A stretch of DNA of 48,925 nt, from positions 1 through 48,925 of IMG/VR virus record IMGVR_UViG_3300037991_004941. One strand, given 5' to 3'. Source of the stretch: a virus. Taxonomy: Duplodnaviria; Caudoviricetes. A model generated the notes under the pieces. It did no database searches and was not told the origin of the DNA. It saw only the letters and a list, made by a program, of their open reading frames with translations. Numbering within the stretch: position 1 is the first letter of the stretch; each line of letters starts with the position of its first letter. Positions 22,001 to 34,000 of the stretch are shown here, one piece after another. Made by a program: the position numbers and the translations under genes.

Positions 22001-25000
22001 TTGGAAGTAAACGAATGGTGAAGTGCCAACGTTAACTGTCAGGTTTGTGGAGCTAGAAGAGATAATTGGCAGTGCTTGATCCTTAGAAGCAGGATCAGTT
22101 GCACGAGGATAAGTTACCTCAGTCTGGTTATTGTCGCTAGAGCAAGTGAATGTCAGAGCACCATTGACAATCTTAATTCTGTCATTCTCAACTGTGATGC
22201 AATTTGAGACTGCAGAAACGAATGTATGAGCATATTGCTGACCAGCAGGAGATGCACCAACATTAATCTCAAATGTATTTGCAGTTGCGTTGGATACGAT
22301 TAACCATCTGCCTGCAGCAGGATCAGTTGCGCGAGGATAGTCGTGGTTGCTACCATTACCATCTTGAGCACAGGTGAATCTAATTCCATCAACTTTAATA
22401 TTGACTCTCTGACCATCAGTAACACCATGATCTCTCTTGGTAATTACCATTACTCCAGTAGCAGCATCATAAGTTGCACCAGTAGGAGTCAATTGACCAC
22501 CACTTGTCAATGTGTTGTTGCTAACTGTCATAGACAGAAGACCAGTAGATGCATCATAAGTTGCACCAGTAGGTGTAAATCTAGTGCCTGGGATAACCAA
22601 TTCAGGATATTGCTGACGCATCAGATAGACAGACTCTTTTGCTAAGAGATCTGCGTTATTCTCCAGAAGACGTGCAGCATCTGCATATCTATGAGTCTTA
22701 CCATTATATCCAGCAGGAGCACCTGCTTGACGTTGGGTTTCGCGAATTGCATCATTACAGAAGTCATCACCATTATTCCAAGTAGCGACACCAGACCAAT
22801 CATCAGTATACTGCTGACCATAAGTGCCATCGAAGTGAGCAAGCAAGACAGTAGTTGCATCACCCTGATGGATACCAGAAGGAGCAGTAAAGTTTGCAGT
22901 ATAACGAGAATTTGTAGATACTCTTAACTCATCAATGTAACCTGGGAAGACCGAAGATCCAGCATAGTTACCACCAATTCTAATTGGTTTAGTAGATCCA
23001 TAATTGCTGCCATCAGAATAAGTAGTGCCATCCTGAGTGCCATTGACAAACAGTCTAGTATTACTACCATCTCTACACAATGCAATGTGATACCAAGTGC
23101 CAGCAACCAAGTTTGTTGTGCCCGCAATAACGACACTGCCATTGTTGAAGTACTTGACATTTGCACCGTCAAGATAGATATAAGGTGCTAACTCAGTAGC
23201 GGTAGATCTAAGATCAAGGATTGTCTTACTTCCTGCTGCAACAGAGTTGGGGTTAATCCAACATTCGAGCGTGAAGTTATTTGTGCCAAATCCGAATTCT
23301 GTAGATGTGTTGACAGTTACATACTCATCAACAGGGACTGTGCCGACGTTGATGGTAATAGTCGTAGGAGTGACTGCAGTAATTGCAATCTGTTGACCAA
23401 ACTGAGGATCAGTTGCTCTAGGATATGCTTTATTTGATCCGTTATTGTCCTGAGCACAAGTGAATACAACACCATCAGCAGCAATAGTAACAGTGTTGGA
23501 TGTTGTTAAGGAGTGACTGCCAATTTCAACAACCATGACTCCAGTGATAGGATCATATGTTGTGCCAGTTGCTGCAGTGAATGTTGCAGCATTATCTGCA
23601 GTAATAGCATCCGCAACACCACTTACGAAAGTGTGGACAGAAGTGCCAGGAGAAAGTGCCAGAGAAGATGCACCCCATCTCTTATTGTAAGTATTGAGTG
23701 ACGCACCTGCGACAAAGTTGAAAGAATGATAATCTTCACCTGTAGTCTTAGATCTGCCCATTCTGCCAAGATAGACAGTTTGTCTAGCAACGTTATATCC
23801 AACAACTAGTGCTTTACTAGTGGTATTTCTAATTACATTGCCAGCAGAGAAGAATCCATTACCTTGAGTGTTATCCTTATGGGTAAGTTTTCTAACAACT
23901 GCTTCTTCATCCGAGATAAAATCTCCAACTGCGTTACCAATATCCAGTCTATTGTTTCTGATAAACTCACCTTCTTGTAAGGTGCCATTAGTATTAACAA
24001 CATCAATGACAATATTATTGACCAACTCATTTGCAGGGAATTTGGAGTCAAATGCTGTTGCATTATCATCAAAATCTACAATAGAAATTTGAGATGCTGA
24101 GATATCATCCAATACAACATTTTGATAATTGATAGAAGTAATTCTATTAAACAGCAGACCGAAGAAGGACGCACCTTCAGAGATGTTGACCTGAGAAATA
24201 AACTCTTGAGTCGTGGGATCCTGATACGGACTTGTAGCAGTAACTCTAGCAACAACACCAGAGCTTGCTGCAATCAGAATATCATCCAATTGAATGTCAA
24301 ACAGACCAGGAGTGGACTGATATGTGCCAGCAGTCTTACTAAGAATCAAACTGTTAGTAACAGTAATCTCTGTGCTATACAGAGGTGCATTTTGAAGGTG
24401 TGAAATTGCTTGGGTGCCAAGTTGTCCTCTAGTTGCAGTAATTACACTAATACCAGCTTCACCGCCAGCAGCAACGTTTGAAATTGTAAGAATTTCAGAT
24501 GCAATCTGCATATTCTCGCCAACCACAAACTGAGATTGGTCTGAAGTCAATACCTCAAACTGTGCTGTAGATGATCCAATACCATAACGCAATGTGCCAA
24601 GAGGAGTTTCTTGACCCGATTCCAGGTTGATTTCCTCAACAATAGCAGTGTCTCCTTCCAGGTTAGTGACAGTCTCATTGAAAGTAAACAATCCATTGCT
24701 GGTGATGGAGGTTTCAGTATCCAGATTTGCAGAGAATCCAGTTGCACCAACAGTAATCAACTCACCACCAATAAATGCGCCTTCAGTTACAAATGCCTGA
24801 ATGGTATCACCTTCAACCTTAGTTACAGTTGCTCTAGCAGAGCTTGCTGTGCCAACCATCGTGTTACCGATGTTGGGGAAGATTCCACTAATATTAGTAA
24901 AGGTATACAAGACTTGATTGATCTGAGCGATCTCAATCTGTGCATACTTAACACTAGCAGGAGGTTTCGGGGGCTCACTGAATACGATAGAGTCGTTTTC

Positions 25001-28000
25001 TACCTTGAATGAAACCTCAGGTGTTTGGACAACACCATTGAGAATAATCATCAACTGATTAGCAGATGCAATAATGTTTTCACCATTAACTGTTAATGGG
25101 AAAGAAATCTTAACACCATCAAATTGATTGGAAATATTATCGAGTCTCTGGACAACAGAGGTCAGAATATTCTCCGAAGAGGTAAGTCTCTTTTGTCTGA
25201 AGAGCACTTCAGTATTGTTAAACTCTTGATATACAGGCTCAACCAGAGAGAAACTCTGGATGTTGGGGACAATTGCCTCTTGTGCCAATTCAACAGACTT
25301 AGTTAATTCAAACGCAGTCTCTTTGTTAGGAATCAAACTATAATCAGTGATATTTAATTCACCAAATACCTTGAATCCTGCAGGGTGGACATTTCTAATA
25401 AGAATATCTTTCCACTCACTAATGGATACCGAGGACTGCAGAGCATATGAGAAATCCTGATAGAAGTAGGAGTCTTGAATCTTTTGGATGATCTCGGAAG
25501 GTTTGCCAACATCATCAATAAACTGACCTGTAGTTTTGGTGATAGATCCAATCTCAAGGACACCCTTAGCGATCTTAAGATCACTAATAATACCAGAAGA
25601 CTTGGAGATAATACCTGTTACTCTTTCGCCAGAAACAAAATCACCATCATAGTCAACAATCTTAAGGACTCTAGGACCAACCTGCCAACCACTGTTTGTA
25701 GAAACATATCCAGTGGCAGTTGCTGTCTCAAATGTGCTACCTTGATAGACCAATTCACCTTCAAGGAAGGTAGAGGTGATAACGTTTGCAGTTGCTGCAC
25801 CACCGAAAGAAGAAGTCAATACTTGCTGCCTACCTACACCAGCGTTAACGAATCCAATAGAATCGCCCAACTCAGCGTTAGTTGCAGTAATTGCCAGTTT
25901 CAACTGATCATCATCCAGAGATTGTGCAGCACCAGCAATAGCGTAATAAGTAGTGTTTCCATTCAATCTACCGAGAGCGCCAGAAGACAGAGGGAAGTCA
26001 GCACCTTCTCCAGTATCAACAACATTGAGGGTTACTTCTGCTCCATTTTGAATACCATGTGGGAATGCAAACTGGAGAAGTCCGAGGTCAAGGTTGATGA
26101 CATAGTTGAATGAAGATTTCAATTCAACTGCAGGAGTGGAAGAATAACCAGATCCAGGATCTTTAACAAGAATTTGATCAAGTCTACCATTCTTAATCGT
26201 AGATTCTGCAGTAGCACCAAATCCACCGCCACCAGTAATAACAACAGCAGGTGCCTGTGAATAACCAGATCCAGGATCAGTAACAGTAATGCTATCCAGA
26301 ATACTGGTAGACGTTAACTGAGCATTGATCGGGAATGTAATTTCAGGACGCAGCGTATAGTCATGAGGATAATCATAACCAAAGTTGTTATTCTTAAGTT
26401 TCTTAATCTTACCAACTTGACTACCTTGAGTGAAGATGGAAGCACCTGTGCCGAAAGGAGGAATAACAACCTCAAGATCTGCACCAGATCCAGCAAGACT
26501 GGGACCTAAGATACCATTAATAGATGCAATATCAATAAATGCAGTCGTATATCCCTTACCAGAAGATGACACAATTGCTTGTGTAATTTGACCAGGAATA
26601 GTATTTCCTTCATCATCTGTGGTATTTTCAACCGTCAGATTGACCAGACCACCTTCACCATCACCACTAATCGGAATATTATTATATTGACCAGGAGCAT
26701 ACTCAGTGCCAGGCTCATTAATCTGAATTCTTTCAATCTTTCTGTTGGACTGAATACCAGAAACAATAGGAAGTCTTGTATAGAAACCACCTTTGTTAAC
26801 AATACGGATATCGGCAATAGATCCAACTGCCTTCTCAGATCCTGTAGAGTAAGATACATTTGATACATCTGCATCACCTTCAGGCTCATTCAGGAGCGGG
26901 AATCTCAGTGTATCATCACCTCTGGTGATTGTGGCACCAGAAACACCACTGACAGTGAAGTTACCTGCATATGGAGATCCAACAACGTCCAGATAAGATC
27001 CTGCAATAACAGGAGAATCATCTCCAGCTCTAGAAGGATCAAAGTAATATGAGATATTAGTAACAATATTAGGATCAACCTTGAATTTAACACTAGGTGT
27101 GGGCTGTCCTTCTCCAGTTACACCAGGAATGCCAATTCTTTCAATTGAGTTGAAAGAGTATTCCAGTTTATAGAGACTATCTTTGGAGAATGAAAGATTA
27201 CCACCAACCAGTGAAGAGTGACTGAGATCAAAGATATACTGGTGACCATAATACATCTTCAACGTAGGTGACTTAACAAATACACTTACATTGCTAGCAT
27301 TACTTGAAGGAGATGTAATTGCAATATTTGGCAACTTATAGGTAAATTCCTTGACACTGATAACACTATCAACAGGGAAAGCACCATCATACTCATCATA
27401 TACAGTACCACCAGATTCCTGAGAAGGATTACCATCGATATAGATCATTTCGTTGGTATTCAGGTAATGACTATCATCGGTGATGACATATACAATATCA
27501 CTATTAGATACCGCATCGACCTGAAGAATCTTGATTAGATTTGTGGTCAAACTAATCTTACTAACACCAGTCAGACCAGAAATTTGAATTGTATTATAAT
27601 CAGCGTTATATGTAACTGTAGCAGTAGAAAGACTTACGACTGATCCAGGAATGAAGGGAGAAGTGCCAGAGATCTCGTCAATACGGACTCTATACTGATC
27701 ATCTTCAAAAGGTTTGAATTTTGCAAACTCGTGTAAGTTGTTACTACCACCAACATCGGAAGGAGCATCGAAGTTGCTCATATCAATGTTAAATGTGCCA
27801 ATAGTGGTATTGTTGACCTCTGGGAAGAGGTAATTCTTCATTTCATTGATATCTGCAGGAATAGGACCAAGAATTCCGTAAGTAGATTGCTCATTGAATT
27901 GCTCTGTAGACAACTGACCCACATCCAGGTCATTCGTCCACTCATTGTTGTTTACTGCAAGATACACATAACGATTAGCATAATCAATATCAACAATATA

Positions 28001-31000
28001 ACCACTATTGACAAAATTATTATTATTTCTCAATACCAACTTAGAATTCATAGTGAATTCAAAGGGTTGATTGATAGTCAGACGCTGGACGTTATCAATC
28101 TTAATTGTGTTGGTAACCTTGAAGAAATAACGATCTTTAACAACCGCAGTTGCTTTGACCTTTTGAGATCCAGGTGCAGGAATAGTAGCAGTCCTAGATC
28201 CCCAAATATCTTGTGAGATTTCAAGAGATTCTGTATCCTCAGCATGAGTTGTATTAGCATCATTAAAGTCAAGAGCCTGGAATCCTTCTCCACCAAGAGC
28301 ATAACCAGTGGGAGATACATTCAGAGATACTCCAGTCACAGGAGCAACAGCAGTCCTAATGAGACTCAATTGAGAATTTGCTAAGACACCAATAGTGCCA
28401 ATTTTATTAGATTCTGCTTCTTTGTCAACCTTAATGCCTGCACCAACATACTCGATGTAGTCATAGCGATTGAGGTTAGTAGTAAACCAAGCATCATCTG
28501 CCCAATCATAAGTAAGACCAAATCCACCAATAGTTGGCAGAGATGTAATATCAGTCGGGACAGTAGGAGATACGAAACGATTCTTGAGCACAAGATGATC
28601 AATGTAGAATTGACCTTGATATGCAGCATTAAAGTCAGTAGCACCAGCACCCCATCCAATTTGGTTGCCAATGTAAATATCCTTATTGGCAAATTCAGTA
28701 TTAGTTACATTACCATCCAATACTTCAATGCCATTAACAAATGCCTTAAAGTTTGTGCCATTCTTAGTAAGAGTAATGACTTGCCATGTATTTTGAGCAT
28801 ACATGTTAGTCAATGCAGAAGAAAGACCACTTGCAGCGTCAAGTCTTGTAGTATTATTAGAAATAACGAGTTGTAAGGATCCAGATCCACCAGATCCAGA
28901 AGTGTCATATCCCAACCAGAGACCACCAGTGGTATCTTGAGCACCACCAATACCGATTAATGTTTGCTGCGCTTGTGACAGGGTTTGTGCTCCATCTTTA
29001 TAAACAAAGAATTGGAGTGTCCAGTTGCCATTTAACTTTGTGCCCAAAGTTGTGCCAGGGATCTTATAGTAAGAATTTTCCCAGACAGTATTGGTGCCAG
29101 CAGGTTGATAACCGTAAATTTTACCAACACCATTTTCAATGATTGCAGAGTCGCTAGTGCCAACAATCGATACTGAATGGTGACCAGTTAAATCTGTTGC
29201 AGCGGCAGCACTGAAGGTATCAATACATTCTTGTCTATTCCACTTGGTTTGACCATAAATGTGGACATCACCTGAATTGTCACTACCAAGAGTCAAAGGC
29301 ATGAAACCTTCCATGGTATTGGTAGTATTTGCAGCAGTAGTGAAATCATTTTCAGTATTTTTCAATACTGTGCCATCATATTTGATCTTAACTGAGTTGA
29401 ATGTAAGTTTTTTGTTGGTAGTATCTTCTTTAGAGTAAACTACATTCAGATTACCAAAAATATCAATTTCAGACTTATCTACAAGTGTAATATCTCTGCC
29501 TGTGAAATATCTCTTATCCCAGAGCAATTCACCAGCATTATCAAACTTACCTACCCAGAAACCATCTTTAGTAACATCATCAGACTTCAATCTGGTGCCA
29601 GCAACAACATAGAATTCGTTGAATTCATCAACAGCAAGGGAAGAATTCAAGAAGCAATATGTAGCGTTGGTAACCTCCTTAATCCAGTCAATAGAAATCG
29701 AAGAAACACCAGCAGTTGCCTTACCAAAGGATACATTGATATCCATAGAGTTATCTGCAGATGCAGTCTCCATAGTAAAGTAGATTGCACCATCAACAGT
29801 CCTCATAGATGTAATTTTCTCAGAAGAGCTGTCAGAAGCAAGTTTTCTCTTAGCAACAAAGAAACCAGCAGTATCAACGATTGCTAAGAAAGCATCCCAA
29901 GGAGCTCCAGAGTTTGTATTGGTAAAACCACCAAGAAGGAATCTAGTATCAGTAAGTTTCTGTAAAGAAGTGATATTATCAGATCTTGTAGATCCAGAGA
30001 TGCCAGCATAACCTTTCTGGAAGACCAGAGATGCACTCAAACCATTTGCTGCTTCCTCATACTTGACAAGAATGACATCGGGATTGTATGCATCCAATAC
30101 AGGAATATTGGGTCTGTTATTACCAGCAACCCAAATATCATTGCCATCAACATACAGTTTTTGGAATTCTGTATAGTTATCAGATCCTAATACAGTAGTT
30201 TCTAATGTCTTTTCCCACTCCTTAACACCAGTAGCAGATAATTTAGCAAGGAATGCAACATAGTTACCAGAAGCATCTAAGGTTGTGCCACAAGTGTATA
30301 CTTCCTTAGTATCACTAATAAAGATATCATTTACCTTCAACCAATTGTTGTTTTCAAGAAGAGTGACATAATAGTCTGCCTTCTTAAAGACCTGGGGGTG
30401 AGAGAGAATGACACGAGGATTCTTAGTATAGTCAGATCCAGAGTTGAGGATGTTGAAAGACTTGATTGCACCAACTTGATCAACAATCGCTTCAATTTCA
30501 CCACTTTCACCATCACCATCAATAATAATGCTAGGGGGAATATCTGTATTATAACCACTACCATTCTGATCTACGACAATCTCTTCAATACCACGATACT
30601 GTCTAACAGTAAACGTTTTGTTGGTATTGTCCATCAATGGAGTGTAATCAACAAATAAAGTATCGCCAGCAATCAGATTGTGTGGTTGAGTGGTCTTCAG
30701 GACACCAAAGTTTGTGCCTTGAAGAGTTTCATAGGTGTAGTTTAAAACAGACTCACCCTTAATTTTTGAAACTCTAGCAGATACACCAGTACCACCAGTA
30801 TCTTCATTATCAAAGATCAGACGGTCATTGACCTGATAGTTTGTGCCAGCATTCTCAACAGTAAAACCAGTAACAGATGCATTTTCAAACTTACTGATTG
30901 TCTCAACTTCAATATCAACCTTAGAGTCTAATTTGACAGATGGGAAATAATCAAAGAGTTGTAAAGGTGCCTCTTCAAATACCTGATCAGGATCATCAAT

Positions 31001-34000
31001 CTCATCTTGGGTGATAACACCATCTCGGTTTTCGTCTTCGACTTCAAACAGCAATACATCACCATTCTCTAAGGTAAGAGCATTAGTAGAAGCATTAGGA
31101 GTCCTCTCAACATCAATATCAACATTCTCATATGGGTCTCTATAACGGACAACTCCAGTAGGAATGTTTTGCTGGACAGATGAATCCTTAAGATTCCAAA
31201 TATCTACAACAGAGTTATAACTAGGACCAAGAATGTAAGGATATACAGGAAGACCATTTTCAGATGCATCGATAGTAACAAAGTAGCAATATCTACCTTG
31301 GGGATACTCAGGAGTCTTACAGAATCTGCCATTATATTGATCAAGATCACCAGATCCGAAAACATACTCATAGTCTTCAACAAACTTACCTGCAGGCTCT
31401 TCATTCAGAAGAGGACCATCACTTCTTACTGGATATGGGTTTGTAATATCATTAAATACGAGTTGCGTCTTCAGTGAATATGAAGAGCGCATTCTTTGGA
31501 TATTGGAAGATTGATTGGTAGGATCCTGATATCCATAAGGACCATAAATCGGGTTACCATCAAATGCCCAACCAATAATAGGAGAGTGCTCTAACTGAGA
31601 CTCTTGCTCAAGAATTCTACCCAGACTATCCTTAAACAAGTTATCACCAAGAATATATCTCAGTCTTTGTGGGTTAGAGAGGTGTGCATATTCACCACCA
31701 TATTGAATGTTATATCCCTCAAATACGGTGCCCATTGCAGAGTCAAACGGAGTAGTCTCTTGCAGGTTATAATTCCATTGGAATACATCAGCATCAAACA
31801 ATGCATCTTGTCCAACAGATGTCAGATTAATTACAGTAGTGCCCTGATTATATCCAATACCTCTGTTGAGAATTTCAACACCAGTAACACGACCAGCATT
31901 CTCACCATCAGTATCGATGATTGCTCTAGCAATAGCACCAAAACCATCACCCTGAATAGAAACTGTGGGTGCAGTGGTATATCCAACACCAGCAGAAATG
32001 ATAGCAATAGAAATGATTCTACCGTCATTTACAATTGCTTGTGCAACAGCACCTCTACCAGAGCTAAGAGTAACTGTAGGTTTAGAAGTATATGAAGATC
32101 CACCTTCAGTGATATCAACTTGCTGAATGGGTCCTCTGACAGACGCAGTAGCAGTTGCACCAGTTCCTCCACCACCAACAATAGTGATCAGAGGTTGGGA
32201 AGTGTATCCCGATCCGCCACTATTAACAAGAATTCTAGAAACTACTCCTTTGGTAATAATTGCAGTTGCAGATCCACCAGATCCTCCACCACCAACAATA
32301 GATACCAGGGGAGATGAAGTATAACCAGATCCACCATTATTAACCTCAACCTCATAGAGAGATCCATTGACGGTTACTTCCGCTGTAGCACCACTACCGC
32401 CACCACCAGCAATAGTAATTGCAGGAGGACTTGCTGCATCATATTCCTTACCAGCGTTGGTGATGTTAACAGCAGTAACAGCACCAAAAGTGCGACTCAA
32501 TTCAGACTTATAAGACCAAACAGATACACCATTGACCCATGTGCCAATAGGACCAGGGACAATAGCAGTCTTAGTCGAAATAGTAGTGGTAGTTGTATTG
32601 AAACGGTTTAATTTTCTCTGGTTGCCAGGGAGAAGTGCAGATCCAGGGAAAGGACCAATCTCATAGTTAGGAATACCAGTAGAAGCAACATAAACGTATT
32701 GATTATTGAAGAATGTGTTTTGGACGTTAGTAGTATAAGGTCCGATTGCATTTAAAATTGCAGCATTTTCTGACTTGCCTTTGTTAAGGTCAACAGAGAT
32801 AAGAATATTACCTTGTGGCTCAACAGCAGCAGGTTGTGGTAACTGGTATTGGAAGACCGTCTGGGAGTCCCTAGATGTGACAAGGAAAGTGCCGTTATAA
32901 AGAATTGGGTTAGCACCATATACGGTAACCTGATCACCAACCAGGAGACCATGAGGAGCTGAGCAAGTTACAGTAGCAGACTGATTATTAACGCCACCAA
33001 AAGTGATCGAAGAAACTTCAATGAGTTTTTTGACGTTATATAACCACGTTGTCAACTGGGGTAATGTGGAAGTGCCGCCCAGTTTAGAAACTGACAGTTT
33101 ATCACCAGGAAGATAGTAAGATCCAGTATCAGTAAGGTTAGTTTGCTGAGCATCAACAATACCAACAATATTCATTACGACTTCGTTGATCGTGCCGTAA
33201 TTTAAATAAACTCTAAAGTTAGAAGCTACACTAGTTGCAGAATCCCAAATTTGGGGAGCTCCAACAACGCCTCTAGTACACTCAATAAACTGGTTGAGGG
33301 ATTTTTCCTTATATCTTACAGTTTCTGTGCCACCAATTACAATTTCACCGTTTCTTTCAGGCCAACCAATGGTAGAGTCAACGGTAATAATATCACTAGT
33401 TGCAGTAAGTGGCTCAGCAAGTTTAGTTTTATAGGGCACAACAAATGTGCCTTGAATTGTCTCTTCAGACAAGACCAATTCATAAATTTCAGATTCTGCT
33501 GTGTTAATAGCAATGTAGTTTTCAACCAAAGCATTTGCTGCCCGAATATTCGGATCTGCAATGTCAGCAAATTGTTGAATTTGAGCATCTCTAATATTTC
33601 TGGGGTCGCCACTAATAAGTGTTGCTCTCAGAATAGTATTGATCGACCAAGTAGCAGCAGATGGTTTGATAAGTTGATCTTTCGGATAAGAAACCGAAAT
33701 ATCCTCACCATAAAGGAGTTTGAAGAGATAACCAAAGGAAAATGACGTGCCTTTCGTAGAATAGAAAGTTTTGACATTCTTAATGGCAGATCTGACATCA
33801 ATAGACTCATAATCGAGTTGGGGGATGTCAGGAAGATATTCTTCAATGTATTTGTCTAAAACTCTCTTGACAAATACCGCATCCAAGCAAGTTACAACGC
33901 TATTGCTGTCATGAGGTGCAGCATCAGTGTCACCCGAAAAAATTACATCTCCTGTTTCGGTATATCCAGAAATTGCAGACGCTGCTCTAGCACATCCAAC

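Noticed and set aside
20720-23640. CRISPR-like array from 20-27-nt direct repeats
   Set aside because: Spacing is irregular, and the repeats are in-frame with wobble variation, so they are protein-domain repeats.
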